A stretch of DNA of 63,803 bases, the filler included, from Globobulimina sp. (Eukaryota), in assembly GCA_003354225.1 (NCBI GenBank). It is 40 parts of 40 records of this genome, joined end to end, with 100 filler letters (N's around TTAATTAATTAA, not from the genome) between each part and the next. Parts side by side here need not be neighbours in the genome. Positions count along the whole stretch, not along the records: positions 47,936 to 49,432 come from PIVH01015748.1; positions 49,533 to 51,029 come from PIVH01015749.1; positions 51,130 to 52,626 come from PIVH01015750.1; positions 52,727 to 54,223 come from PIVH01015751.1; positions 54,324 to 55,820 come from PIVH01015752.1; positions 55,921 to 57,417 come from PIVH01015753.1; positions 57,518 to 59,014 come from PIVH01015754.1; positions 59,115 to 60,611 come from PIVH01015755.1; 32 more parts are not named here. One strand, 5' to 3'. The position numbers and the translations under genes were made by a program. Below, piece after piece: positions 48,772 to 61,641 of this stretch. Position 1 is the stretch's first letter. Every line of letters begins with the position of its first letter. Under the pieces are notes generated by a model, which made no database searches, had not been told where the DNA came from, and worked only from the letters and a program-made list of their open reading frames with translations.

Positions 48772-49432
48772 ATGGCACTGTTGAAAAAACACACACAAAA
48801 GAAACAAGACACAAACAAAAATGAGGAGATCACACCGACACCGACACCGTATCCGACATCAATGGACGAATACGCGTTTGAAGGGAGAATTGGCAAAGGA
48901 GCGTTCGCATCAGTTTTTATCGCAAAGTGTTTGACAAAAAATGAGAAAGTTGCAATTAAAGTGATCGAATTAGAATTAACTCAAAGTCAAGGCGATGGAG
49001 ACGAGAATGGCGAGAAGGAAGAAAAAAAGAATAACAAGAATAATAATAATAATAATGAGAATGATATCTCATGGGACGAGATCCAAAAAGAAGCCTCGAT
49101 TATGGCCAGGATGAACCATAAAAATATTGTGAGTTGTTATACATCGTTCAGTGTAACAAGTGAGTTATGGCTGGTAATGCCATTATTGATTGGCTCGTGT
49201 TTGGACATAATGGGCACAATAAAGCAATACAATAATGGCTTTGCTGCCGACTCCGAACATATAATCGCAACCATACTACGCGATGTGTTGTGCGGTGTGC
49301 AGTACATCCACAATGACGGGCGCGTCCATCGCGACATTAAAGCTGCAAATATCTTATTGTCTGATAAAGGAATCTGCCAAATATCGGACTTTGGTGTCAG
49401 CGGTGCCATCATCGAAGCCGGTTTGAGGAAGA
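48772..49432 (+). CDS. STE20-family kinase (OSR1/SPAK-like), partial
   Basis: IGKGAFASV, VAIK, ELWLVMPLL.GSCLDIM, HRDIKAANILL, DFGVSG. Confidence 0.93.
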
Positions 49433-51642
49433 NNNNNNNNNNNNNNNNNNNNNNNNNNNNNNNNNNNNNNNNNNNNTTAATTAATTAANNNNNNNNNNNN
49501 NNNNNNNNNNNNNNNNNNNNNNNNNNNNNNNNAATGTGTATGGTATGTACCTACACAGTGTACCGTGTGTACAGTAATTGACAGTACGGATTACTAAAAG
49601 ATTACAGGAATGATAGCATGATGGATAAAATCAACGGAAGAGGACAAATGATATTATGGCGACTTCGTGAAATACTATGTGAGTCAAATCCATGTTTGTT
49701 GATTTGAAGCATCTGAAAGGATATTAGTACAAATTTTTTGTTTGCAATAAGCAAACATGAGTACAGTATGTAATCGAAATACTAAAATATCCGTTCAAAT
49801 GCGTTTTTAGGTTAATTTTAGTTGGTTTTTACATGTACGTACAGGGCGTGTGTGTCAAATAGAGTGTATTTTTGGTCAAAAATATTACCCCCCCACAACC
49901 CCCTTGGGGATTGTTTAAAATAAAATTTTCCATCAAAATCATCCATAAAATTCCATTCCATTCAAGAATTCAATTCATGGCGGGAAGGGATCTATGCTCT
50001 GTCCCATAGCATAGTGCAAAAATGTACATACCATCAGTACATACACCTCGTTTGGCATAACACAACGCTGTGCGTACTAAAATTTTAATTTTGGTTTGTG
50101 TTAAAGGTTTTACTAACAAAACATAAAACCTTTGTCGCATTAGATGTACTGTCACCAACAATACAGTACTACTACCATACAGTACACCATTACACCGTAA
50201 ATTATCAAAATTAGGTACAATCGGTATTCAAATGTGTAGGAGTATAGTATGATAAGGACGGGTTGCTGCTGTTATCTAATTTCAGGTACAAACTATCCAA
50301 AAAGTGACACCACCCATCAGAAGGTAGTCGACGACTAAAAGATGCGCTATCAGGACTGGGGCAGTAATTTCCCTTTTTCCTGGAACCGAGATTTCCCACA
50401 AATCAGGAGAATTATCACCAAAAGACGGAATTATACCCCTATCCGAAGATTGATGCAAGTCAAACCCCAGAATTATCAATTTCCATGAATGAAATCCGCG
50501 ACATTCCCGGTGGACTGGTGGCCAACAGAACACTGAAGGATGGCAATGGAATCAAATCATGTCAGGGGTAGAAGGGAAGCATATAATAGTAAAGACTATT
50601 ATCTTATACAAGTCCAACGCCTAATTACCATGCAGTGGCGTCCAACTGATTAGACCGAAAATTGCATACAGCAGCCCGAATTGATGCAGTGCCGATAAGA
50701 ACTGGAACGAACATTACGATCATATTTTATTATTAATTTATGTTGGTTGTGGTTTTTTGGTGCTGGCGTGTTGATTCGATCCAGACTTGTGATCCTTCTG
50801 CATCCTTTTTATACCGTATTGTATTACGGAGTGCGTCGAGGCAGGCCTTGGCTATAAAACTAATGCGACAGACATAACTCTAAGTTTACATTCCTTTATT
50901 TAAAAGTATTATAACAGTCGAGCAGATCCGCAACAATCGGGTGCGGTTCAGACCCGCGACCACTGATAGCCTTAATACGCTACCCTACTTATGACTAGTT
51001 TGGTGCATTGTATTGTAATTGGGACGGCANNNNNNNNNNNNNNNNNNNNNNNNNNNNNNNNNNNNNNNNNNNNTTAATTAATTAANNNNNNNNNNNNNNN
51101 NNNNNNNNNNNNNNNNNNNNNNNNNNNNNTATTTGATCTCTTGTTAATTATTGTTCTGAAAGTATTGTGTGAGCGTTTGAGCTCAGTGATCATATCGAAA
51201 ATAAAGAGTTGGTTGAAGAATCAAAGAGGTATTTTTAGTGAACTTATGTATTATGTATGTTTAGATTAGTCGATTATCTATACATGCTAGTAAAAGCAAT
51301 ATTAGTGATTGCTTTCACGTTAATCTTTGACTGTATCTGCTATTCACTTGTTGTACTCCTCACCGGCTGAGAAAGTCAGTGAAGGTTGTCGTCGGCATAG
51401 GGTCGTTGCAGAAGTAGTAGCTACGGTTAAATATTATAGTGGTGATAGCGGTGACTTGTTGTTTTTGCGAGTATTGGACGGATAGGAGACGCGTTTTTAT
51501 GTGTTAATACAGTGTACAACAAGCCTGACAGCTTGCATTTGGCCTATTCTGGGTATCTTAGTATCTGCTGTCAAACTCGAAAACAAAAACGTATATTTTT
51601 GAGTTTTGTGTAAACAAAAATTGGTGAGCCAAACATTTTCGA

Positions 51643-52626
51643 ATGCAGACTCGTAGCATGTCGAAAAACAACGATAAATCCGAGAGCGGATCGTCGTCGC
51701 CGCATTCTAAATCGCGAAATAAGCGACAAAAGAAACAACAGGAAGGTCGAAATTTAGACAGTGCACTCAGTAGTCTTTCGCAGGCCGTCGAAGATGATAC
51801 AGAAGCGATAGTCGAACCTATCGTCGATCGTGATAATATGGGCACACCGGAGGGTGAAGATGTCGCCGAAATGTTAAGTACAGTCGAAATTATCGAAGAC
51901 TCGAACGAAAGAGTACCCGATGTGTCACCAAAAGACAATGACGAAACGCCAAAAGCCGAAAATCGTGCCGAGACAAAAATATACGAAAATAGTGCGTATA
52001 AAAAACCACCGCCGCAGCCAGTATTGCCTTGTCCACGTCCGGGTGTAAAGCAGGCAAGTGGCGATGATTCACGTAGAGCCGGACCAAATTATATCGCAGG
52101 AGGGGCTTCGAGTTTTGCACATGATAGCGAAGTGCCCAGACCACCTGTTGCTAGCCAGGCATCTCGTATGCCATTTCGACCGCCAGTGCAAAAAGAACCG
52201 GCTGAAACGGATTATTTTTCGGAATATTATTCGGATACGGGCGATTACGAAGACGACGGTAGGATGCCATATACTTTTGATCGCGAATTAGACTTAGCCG
52301 AACTTCGATTTAGAAAAAATAATGAGATCGAAGCGATGCGACGAAATGCCAGTAATCGTGAAACTCAGTTGTTGGGAGAGTTGCGACAGACACAAGAGGC
52401 TTTAGAACGAACACGCCAAAACGAACGAGAAGTAGAAGAAAGGTCAGAGGCTAATCGGGTTGAAAGCAGACGAGCAGCTGTCGCTATGCGCATGAGAATT
52501 GAAGAGGCGCAGAGTCAAGTTTTACAAGTTGGTACGCAAAACCGAGAACTAATTGAGGAAAATTTGCGTATGACTAATAGATTAACGAATAATGATAATG
52601 TTGTAAATAATGAACAGGATATAAAC
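51643..52626 (+). CDS. Disordered/coiled-coil protein, possibly retroelement gag-like, partial
   Basis: MQTRS start, intronless, codon usage differs from neighbouring contigs, coiled-coil C-terminus. Confidence 0.4.
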
Positions 52627-52726
52627 NNNNNNNNNNNNNNNNNNNNNNNNNNNNNNNNNNNNNNNNNNNNTTAATTAATTAANNNNNNNNNNNNNNNNNN
52701 NNNNNNNNNNNNNNNNNNNNNNNNNN

Positions 52727-54174
52727 CTTGATGAGCATTTTGATTTTAATTCTTGTAACAAAATATTTTTATCAATTTTCTCGCTCAAACCTTGAAATTT
52801 CAATATAAACATAAAATCATTTATTGTCGAATAATCTAAACATGCTACTATTTTTAATCTAAAACTTAGTGGATCAAATGGTTGGATATGATTACAACAT
52901 GCGACAATACGTATTTTTATTTTATTTCTTTTCCAATGTTTTGTTTTGGACAAACCCGCCTCAATTCCCTCCAATGCAGCGGTAAGTAATGCAGCTGAAT
53001 CAGCCTTAAATCCAATATATTCCAATAATTTGCATGATTTTATAAATTTTGACATTGCTACTTTCGTTTCCTTTGCTGTTATGAATCTTAGCATTGGATA
53101 AACAGAAATTTTCTTTAGATTCTTTACGGTCCGCAATATATCATTTATTGATTTACTATTTGCTGCGCTGACCATCAACCCCAATTCTCGCAAATTTACG
53201 AAATTTGTATTTTTAAAATTATACTCAATGCGATCAGACGCATAGTCAAAGCTAGCAAATGATAAAAAATCTAAACTATTCCCCAATGCATTAATTAAAT
53301 CTGCATATATTGGGTGAGCCACACCACTCAATGCCAAACCTTTTAAATTTTGGATATAAATCTTTTATTATATTCACATCATTGGTTCTATGCCAATCCC
53401 GCAAATGTAAACATTGTACATTTGGAAACTTTGTTAATATTTCCGTGACCATTTCTTCACCAAATCTAAAATGGAAACATGTTAAATCTGTAACATTATC
53501 AGTTTTTATTGAGTCCAGAAACCGGAAGTCACAAAATAATCATAGTCAGCAGGCCGATTCATGAGGTCTCCGCCCACGTGCTTCAGCTCCATGGATTCTA
53601 ATTCATTCATTGCTGATAAACCTGTGGATGGCAAAGGTAATTCAGGGCATTGCTCTAACGTTGCCACGAAGTGCTTTATTGATGGGAATCAGCGCAAATT
53701 AATAGAGGAGACATCTTCAACTCCATAGAAATTTAATTCTTGCAATAAATTTGGTGAATTGCATCCTAAATAAATGAATCGATTGGTTTTAGCAAAATTA
53801 ATATTATCAGATTGATTTAAAAATGAAGATGTAACACCAATTAATCTTTGTGGTAATTGATCTAATTTAATATTCTGTGTTCCAATCGGTTTTGGTTTCT
53901 TTTCCCTGGATAGAATAATATTGGATATTATAGTATTAATGGCGTCCCCGTCAGATTGTTGGTTGCTTATTTTAATTCGATCAAACAACCCATCAATAAT
54001 AATCTTTGGGTTATCGGTTAACAATTTATTCACAAAATGAATAGTTTCTGTTTGTGATAATTGCGCTGCTAAAAATCGAAACTTTACCGCTTTTGTGAGC
54101 GACATGGAGTACAAATTAAGTAAAAAAACTCTTCTTAAATAAAGAATTCTATCAACCATCAAATCATGTGGCAA
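52727..54174 (-). pseudogene. F-box/LRR-like protein pseudogene
   Basis: F-box-like LDQLPQRLIG..SFLN; TGA at 53689 and apparent frameshifts near 53520 and 53340 break a continuous LRR-like sequence. Confidence 0.6.
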
Positions 54175-54323
54175 GTCACAACATCAAACAGCAGCAAATA
54201 TCAACACAATGATCCAATTGACCNNNNNNNNNNNNNNNNNNNNNNNNNNNNNNNNNNNNNNNNNNNNTTAATTAATTAANNNNNNNNNNNNNNNNNNNNN
54301 NNNNNNNNNNNNNNNNNNNNNNN

Positions 54324-55585
54324 CTTCTTCACTCACTTTTCCGCCTAATTTCTGTAGACAATTCTGCAGCTCCTCGCGGTCAATGAAGCCCGACGAATCG
54401 GTGTCGACCTGGCGGAAAGTCGCACGAACATCGCCTTTGATGCGAGCTACCATATGGATGCCTATATAAATATACATAACATACAATTTATACATACTCA
54501 TTATCGCACAACATAATCGATTTCAGTTTCACTAAAAATCACTTTCAAGCAAAAAAAAAATCTGTTTCAAACTGAAGCAAACCTAAAATGTAAATCCAGT
54601 TTCAAACTATGTATAGAATGTACTGAAATAATAAAATTATACCGGCTATCTCGGCGATATCGGCGTCGGCAGTCATCATTTTGAACAACGACACGGAGAA
54701 AGTGGAGATTGCCTGCGGTGGCCGCAACTGTGTGGCGTCTTCCTTTTCCTTCTTCTCTTCGGGCGTTTTGATGATTTTCGCGTCGAGCCAGGCATAGATT
54801 TTCGCGTTTTGGATCATGACGAAAACATATCCGAAATACATGCAAAATAAAATCGTGGCCTCCCACCATATGATGAAGCCGCCATAAAAAAAGCCGCCCA
54901 AAACTGCCAAGGAGACACAATAATAAATGCTGTCCCTCGCAAAAGGATACCACGTCAACACCAAATCGCCAGAACTGAAAATAGCACAACAGCCAATCAC
55001 GAACAACACATTGAACACCGCGGAACCTACAATGGTACCAAAGCCCACACTCGATTTGGACACGAATGTGCCGAAGAAAGAGGTGAATAATTCGGGCGCG
55101 GAGCCGCCGGCCGCCATGAACGTAGCACCCGCCACATCCGGGGTTAAATTCAATTTATCGACGATCACTTCTATGGCGGGCACGAAAAATTCATCGCACA
55201 CTATGGCAATGGCTAAGAACATGTAAAATAAACCAAGGATGTGCAACAAAAAAGCGCCGTGTTCTAATTGGGTCTGTGTGTGGCGGTTGTTTTGTGTTTT
55301 GGTGTATTGCGATATTGCGTGGAGAGGTAGAGAATATATGAAACAAATGGAGTTAACTTTTGTGAATAAGTCGGTGGGATAGTCGGCGTTTTCGATCTCA
55401 TATCGCGGCTCTGATGCTAAGAGATGTCGTGTGTTTGGACTTGAATGGGGATTGCTGTTATAAATATAGTCAATGGATAGGATTAATGCGGACGCGCACA
55501 GCAAGATTATGAAGGTTGTGCTCAGCATGTTATATTTGATTGCGCGATAGCGTCCATTTCGTTTCATTTGCCTAAGTCGAAGCAT
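54324..55585 (-). CDS. K+-dependent Na+/Ca2+ exchanger (NCKX/SLC24) with EF-hand in the cytosolic loop, partial
   Basis: CDEFFVPA, DVAGATFMAAGGSAPELFTS, GTIVGSAVFN; intron 54462-54642 joins to the EF-hand DTDSSGFIDREE. Confidence 0.92.
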
Positions 55586-55928
55586 TTTGTCAGAGGCCTA
55601 TGTTTGCGATGTTTTCCACAACTCAAACTTCACTGGTTGTTTTGTGATAGCTTTATAAAGAGGTGTGATGATGGTATTTATCGTATTTGTGTTGATATGT
55701 GATGATACTTTCATGCAGCGCAAAAACATCGCAATATGTATTATTATCACATATGTACATGTTGTTAATATTCGATTGTTTTTCTACACAATGGACAGTT
55801 GGAATTATTTTCATTATACTNNNNNNNNNNNNNNNNNNNNNNNNNNNNNNNNNNNNNNNNNNNNTTAATTAATTAANNNNNNNNNNNNNNNNNNNNNNNN
55901 NNNNNNNNNNNNNNNNNNNNCTTGCAAG

Positions 55929-56019
55929 TTTGGTAGAGTCGCCATTGTTAAGTTGACGAGTGAAAACTAATTCGATTAGTGATTTTACTTTCAATTCACT
56001 TAAATGCACAAACTCTATT
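55929..56019 (+). repeat. Interspersed element shared with 62005-62105 (minus strand)
   Basis: 37-bp identical core at 55975-56011 equals the reverse complement of 62013-62049; similarity extends to ~90 bp. Confidence 0.9.
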
Positions 56020-56647
56020 CGATATAATCTGTGGTGAATATTATATTCTAAATGGCTGCAATTGCGTAGTCACTTCAATAATCAATGGAATAAAATGCAG
56101 AATAATCAATCTGTCGACGAATGAAGAATGTATTGCAAAGCAAGCAGATCTGATACACATTGAAGATGCGATTGAATTACAAACAGCACACTTACAATAC
56201 GAAGAATATTTAATTCAACATTTCCAAAGTACAGAAAGTGAGAACTCGAATGATTCAAACTCAAACATTGAAATTGGTGGTTTCTACATTGAAGGAGGTG
56301 TAAAGTGCGTCATTAGCAACATATTAAGCAATGAGCAAATAACAATAATTGATTTATTTGAAAACAAGTCTCGCCAAACAAATATTGATCGTTTACATAA
56401 AATCCGTGATCCAAATCAATTGAAAGACGCTGAATTAAAATATAACCAATATCTGAATAAAAAACATGACAAAGTTAATGATAAAAGCGCAAAAGAAACG
56501 GAATTTATATTAAGTACATTCATCACAAAAGATCCTGAAATTCCTCATCATCTAAGAAATGATGACAGAAAGAATATATGTTTGAAATTTATTATTATAG
56601 GTTTGTTTGTGCAAAATGTATACATTTTAGTCGTATCTTTTGGATGA
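55979..56647 (+). CDS. Unknown protein with two ~60-aa beta-rich repeats, followed by probable membrane exons
   Basis: GEYYILNGCNCVV...LQYEEYL versus GGFYIEGGVKCVI...LKYNQYL. Confidence 0.5.
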   Translation: MILLSIHLNAQTLFDIICGEYYILNGCNCVVTSIINGIKCRIINLSTNEECIAKQADLIHIEDAIELQTAHLQYEEYLIQHFQSTESENSNDSNSNIEIGGFYIEGGVKCVISNILSNEQITIIDLFENKSRQTNIDRLHKIRDPNQLKDAELKYNQYLNKKHDKVNDKSAKETEFILSTFITKDPEIPHHLRNDDRKNICLKFIIIGLFVQNVYILVVSFG

Positions 56648-57519
56648 ATTCGCGGATTTGACCGCTGAGACAATTATTACTTTTTATCGCAAATCACGTG
56701 GTACCATTTATACTGTCTCAAACGACCGGAACATATACTTTCTGGACATTCAAATAACATAAACAGATAAAAGCAACTTTTTATGATCAAAAATATTGCA
56801 TGGTGTTTATCTGCGGTTTATATGGCATCAAATAACATTCACTGTTATTTGACACTAAATATTGCCAAAAAGTTGAATATTTTGTTTGCATGGAAATGAA
56901 GTTAGAAAATACAAATAAAAAGCAATGCTTTGTCTCAGTGGTCAGATCCGCGATAGCTCAGAAACTGATTCCCGAATTCATCCAAAAGATATGGTCTATA
57001 CTCAATTGTAGTTTGTTTGTGTCCATTGCTGTTTGGTATTATTGGCCTCCTTTCTGGTTTAACCGCAATGAAAGGCTCCGATATATTTGTTGCCATTTCT
57101 AGTGTGGTATTAATAATAAGTTTACTGACAATTGTTGCATTGCTATTTTCTTTACATTGCAATGCACGCAATACAAAAATATTAAATGTGGGGAAACATC
57201 ACAATAAGTTAAGATATCGCTGTTTGTTTATTAGAATTTTATTTATTTGTTTCTTTTATTTATTAGGCTTCTATTTAACAACGAGGATAAAATAATTTAT
57301 TGGTATAAAAATGACAAAGTGTTTGATAAGATTTGTTATCGAGAATTCAAAAAAGTGGGATGGAAGTTTTATGTTTGTGATAATGGCGAGGTACTACGAG
57401 AATGGTTGAATGTGTTTNNNNNNNNNNNNNNNNNNNNNNNNNNNNNNNNNNNNNNNNNNNNTTAATTAATTAANNNNNNNNNNNNNNNNNNNNNNNNNNN
57501 NNNNNNNNNNNNNNNNNGT

Positions 57520-57930
57520 CTGTTTGGACCACATACAATAGATCGTTTTGCCAATCAATTTAATACTGTTTTGCCTAGATTTAATTCCCGCTTTGTGTCA
57601 GAAACTTGTGAAGCGGTAGATGCTTTTAGTCAAGATTGGCATGCGGACAACAATTGGTTAGTGCCACCTCCTTGTTTAGCAGTTCGTTGTATTCAACATC
57701 TAATTGTGTGCCGTGCCCGGGGTACGTTAATATTGCCACATTGGCCATCTCAGCCGTTTTGGCCTATTTTATTTCCTGATGGCGAAGTAGCTTCTTTTGT
57801 CGACCGTTTTTTGGTGTTACCACAGGGTTCTCAGTATATTGTTGCTGGTACTCATGGTCAGTCTATTTTTCATCCAGCCCGGTTTCGTGGTAGTCTTATT
57901 GTTTTGTATTTGGATGCGACTTCGCTCTAG
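57520..57930 (+). mobile_element. DIRS/Ngaro tyrosine-recombinase retrotransposon pol C-terminus (methyltransferase-like domain)
   Basis: GPHTIDRFA..N..LPRFNSRF..EAVDAFSQDW..NNWLVPP..GTLILPHWPSQPFWP. Confidence 0.88.
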
Positions 57931-58308
57931 CTTCCTGTTACTCAAAAATGTTCATCTAATCTGAAATAAACTGACTTTTTCACTCGTGTTGAAACAATTA
58001 AATGTTTTATATTTGGAGCACAGCGGAAAATATAAATGTATTTAAGTATGGAAATACGAGTTTCACAGCTTTCTCACAGAGCTATCTGGCTGGGCTGTTG
58101 TTGCACTTTTTATACGATTCTATGGAAATCAGACATAGATGCGGGGGTTGGGCAGGGCTAACGGATATAGATAAGTCATTCAGGTCGGCTTTGTTGGCCC
58201 TCGACGGTTCTGTCTCTCAAGAGCTTGTGCAACGCTTCGTTTTATTTCACAATTGTTATTTCGCAATTTTCGTATCTTCTTTGATTTTTCCTAATTGGTT
58301 GTACTATC

Positions 58309-59014
58309 ATGTCTACTACTACTTCTCAAACGTCGGTGACTGATACTGTTACAGTCAGTACTGTTTCTCAAGACCCCAGCAACTCTGCTTCAATTAATTC
58401 TTCGGGTCTAATGTCAGCAGTCGAAGTGACCTCTTTGTGTCAGACTATGGTTGATCGTACAGTCAAACAAATGGTGTCAAGTTTCCGAAATAGTAATACA
58501 ATTGCTCCTGAGGTCACTCCTCTACCTTTCAAATCTGAGAAGGACTTTTCATGGAATTTTAAAGGAAACAAGTGTCAGTATGGTGTTAACGAAACTGCTT
58601 ATATCTCAATGTCTCATGCTAGTGACATTCTTAGTTCAGAAAATCCAGACATCAACGCCGTATTAAATGTTTTGGAACAAGGGATGGCTGGTCTTGCACA
58701 ACGACAAAAATTGATCGCAATTGCTGACATACACGGATGGGACGTAGTTGAGAAATATTCCTCTGAACCGATTGCCACTGATAAACAAGATCAGAAAAAA
58801 TTAGAAGCTGCGGTCGCAGAAGTGGCTCAAATTCGGTCTGCTGCGTCTGGCAGTAAAAATCGTCGCTTTCCAGGCGCCGGCCGTCGCTCCGCGGCAAACG
58901 ATGGTCGGTATTCGCCCTATACGTCGCCACAACCCTATTATAACCCATATGAAACACCATTCCGTCCGGGCTTCGGCTCCCCATTTGCCCCTCCACCGAT
59001 CCGCGAGGGTTACT
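58309..59014 (+). mobile_element. DIRS/Ngaro-type gag-like ORF, partial
   Basis: FKGNKCQY..RQKLIAIAD..GWDVVEKY...IATD..DQKKL. Confidence 0.7.
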
Positions 59015-59792
59015 NNNNNNNNNNNNNNNNNNNNNNNNNNNNNNNNNNNNNNNNNNNNTTAATTAATTAANNNNNNNNNNNNNNNNNNNNNNNNNNNNNN
59101 NNNNNNNNNNNNNNTACAAAATAAGATTGGAATAAAAAATTTGATTCATAGAAGAAAATTAGTGGCCAAATGTAAGAAATTAAAGATTGAGATGGATAAT
59201 TTTGAAAACTCGCATTTAATGCCACCATTAATCTTAAAGCAATTAGGTAAACATGGTATTGTTACAATGGATATATTATGCAATGAAATCGAAAATAAAT
59301 CTGATTTGAAAATAAAATATGGAATCAGTGATGATAAATATTGTGAGTTGGTATGGAATATTGTTAGTTTGCAGTCAAATCGTTAGCATCATTATTTGGA
59401 GCAAGAGGGAATTCAAAATGTGCAACCAAACGAAACCAATTTCATTGACAGATAATGTATTATTGTTAAAAAATGTATCTTTGGCAATGGATGGATGGAT
59501 GAGTGTGTTTTGTGATGTGATGTGATGGTCATTCATCAATCAAATTGCCATATACATAGTGTGGTTTTATACTATATATAAAATAACTATTCATATAACG
59601 CGTCACTTGCTTTTTGTATTTCTAATTTATATTGTGATTGAGCGGAATATCTCGGTATTTCAGTTTTTTTCAGTGTAGTAGCCACATTTCGCATAATTAA
59701 CAAAGTCTAAACCAAAGAAACCAACAACAAAAGGCAAAGGAAGACGAGAGACGAACGTCGAAGCTCTTGTAAATTCAATTGCATCCAGAAAT

Positions 59793-60611
59793 GTGCCTGA
59801 ATATGAAAAAATATTGCTTCAACTACGTGTCTTTAAGGAAAAAAGAATGCATCCCACTGCTTTACAATTGTATAAAAAAGGAATGCAAATCATCCAACAT
59901 CAATTGCAAAATAACAATAATCATCAATCCCAAATACATCTTAATATCGCAAAGGCCAGATTTTACCATTATACATCATCAATATTCTACGAATTAGGCA
60001 AATATTTAAAAGCAATATCATATTCAACTCAATCTGTAAACACTGCAAAGGGGATATTGGATAATTCATGCATTGAAATGATGCGTTTTAGGGAAGTATT
60101 GGCGACGTCATACAAAGCATTGCAACAAAACGATGAAGCTTTGGCTCACTTTGAACCAATTTATTATGGATTGAATGCTCATATTATCACAAAACAGCAA
60201 CAAAAGAAAAACCAAAATAAGTGTAATGATCCAGAATCAAAAAATACTGACAATGGCTGCGATAATTATAAACAGGATTATTCATTGCAAGAATTACAAA
60301 TTTGGAAAGGAGATATTACATATAATATTGCAATGATTTATAATTCACAAAAGAAATTTAAAAAAGCTGCCATATATGCTAAGGAATGCTGTGTTGTTAG
60401 AAACTTATTTGAGGCCAATACATCGAAACTAATATTAGCATTGATGTTGGTTTCTGTGATTGTGTCATGTCCACAAATTGCTGAATATAAGCTTGCTTTG
60501 AATAATTTAGAACAGGCCAAAGTTATTATACATTTGAAGACTTGCATTTTAAAACCAAACCTTACTAGTTTTTTTGAAGTCACTAAGTCCAAAGCATCCT
60601 TTCGTCACCTT
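59793..60611 (+). CDS. TPR-repeat protein, partial
   Basis: Helical repeats ..YELGKYLKAISY.. and ..YNIAMIYNSQKKFKKAAIY.. Confidence 0.7.
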
Positions 60612-61077
60612 NNNNNNNNNNNNNNNNNNNNNNNNNNNNNNNNNNNNNNNNNNNNTTAATTAATTAANNNNNNNNNNNNNNNNNNNNNNNNNNNNNNNNN
60701 NNNNNNNNNNNAATTTCTTTGACTTTTTAGCTTCAGTCCATAGATCCTCACAACCAAACAAACAATTCCAAACAAACCAGATCACGCAATGAATAGTGCA
60801 TGTTTTAAGAATAGCATAGAGAAAATGGAACAAAATACGAAATCAATTGGTCATAAATCACATGATCATGACACAGTAAATTTGTGTCCCTTATGAGCCT
60901 AAACACCATCATACAAATAATAATAATAATTACATTAATCATCAAATTTATATTTCATGCATTTGCAATGCGATTCTCCCCAAAAATATACATGAAATTA
61001 ATAAACACCGTGGAATTTGTAGCCGTAAATTTTTTTGTTGCAGTGAATGTTGCTCAATTTTTGCGGACAGACTGGAT

Positions 61078-61641
61078 ATGAGTCGACATCAAATGATTTA
61101 TGATCATCGAAAATATAAAAATAAAAAAGTAATTAAACAAAAAAAATTGAAAAAGACGCACTCGAATAACACGTATCGCTGCGATTACAAAGGATGTAAT
61201 AAAGTGTTTTATCAAAGAAGTATGTTTAATAAACACAAAAAAGTTCATATTAAACGTTTTCGTTGCTCTTATATTCATATTGGATGTAATGGATATTTTG
61301 CAACGAGATCAGATCGGAAAATCCATGAAAGGACCCATTCAAAGGAAAAATGTGAAATTTGTAAGTTTTGTGGCAGCGCGTTTACAGATCCTTCAGCTCT
61401 CAGGAAACATATTAAATATATCCATGGCAATGGTATTGGTGCTCAGCCATTCGTTTGTAAACAATGTAAAAAGCATTTTTCGCGGAAGGATTCGCTTCAA
61501 AAACATTGGAAAATGCATTCAAAAGAAGAAAGAAATATGTATTTTTGTGATGGATGCGATGCTTCATTTTCGTTTAAATCGAATTGTCAAAAACACAAAA
61601 AACTGTATCATTTCAATTTTTTTCTGACACTTAATACATAA
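61078..61641 (+). CDS. C2H2 zinc-finger protein (5 fingers)
   Basis: CDYKGC..H...H, CKFC, CKQC and CDGC units. Confidence 0.92.
   Translation: MSRHQMIYDHRKYKNKKVIKQKKLKKTHSNNTYRCDYKGCNKVFYQRSMFNKHKKVHIKRFRCSYIHIGCNGYFATRSDRKIHERTHSKEKCEICKFCGSAFTDPSALRKHIKYIHGNGIGAQPFVCKQCKKHFSRKDSLQKHWKMHSKEERNMYFCDGCDASFSFKSNCQKHKKLYHFNFFLTLNT

Noticed and set aside
49533-51029. Possible LTR/promoter or structured RNA (TATA-like box and small hairpin near 50800-50950)
   Set aside because: No family-defining motif or repeat partner is visible.
51615-51635. TGGTGAGCC as an LTR primer-binding site
   Set aside because: Could not be matched to a tRNA 3' end, and no second LTR is available.
55950-55970. TTGACGAG...GAAA as a hammerhead ribozyme core
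   Set aside because: It lacks CUGA and no valid stems I-III could be formed.
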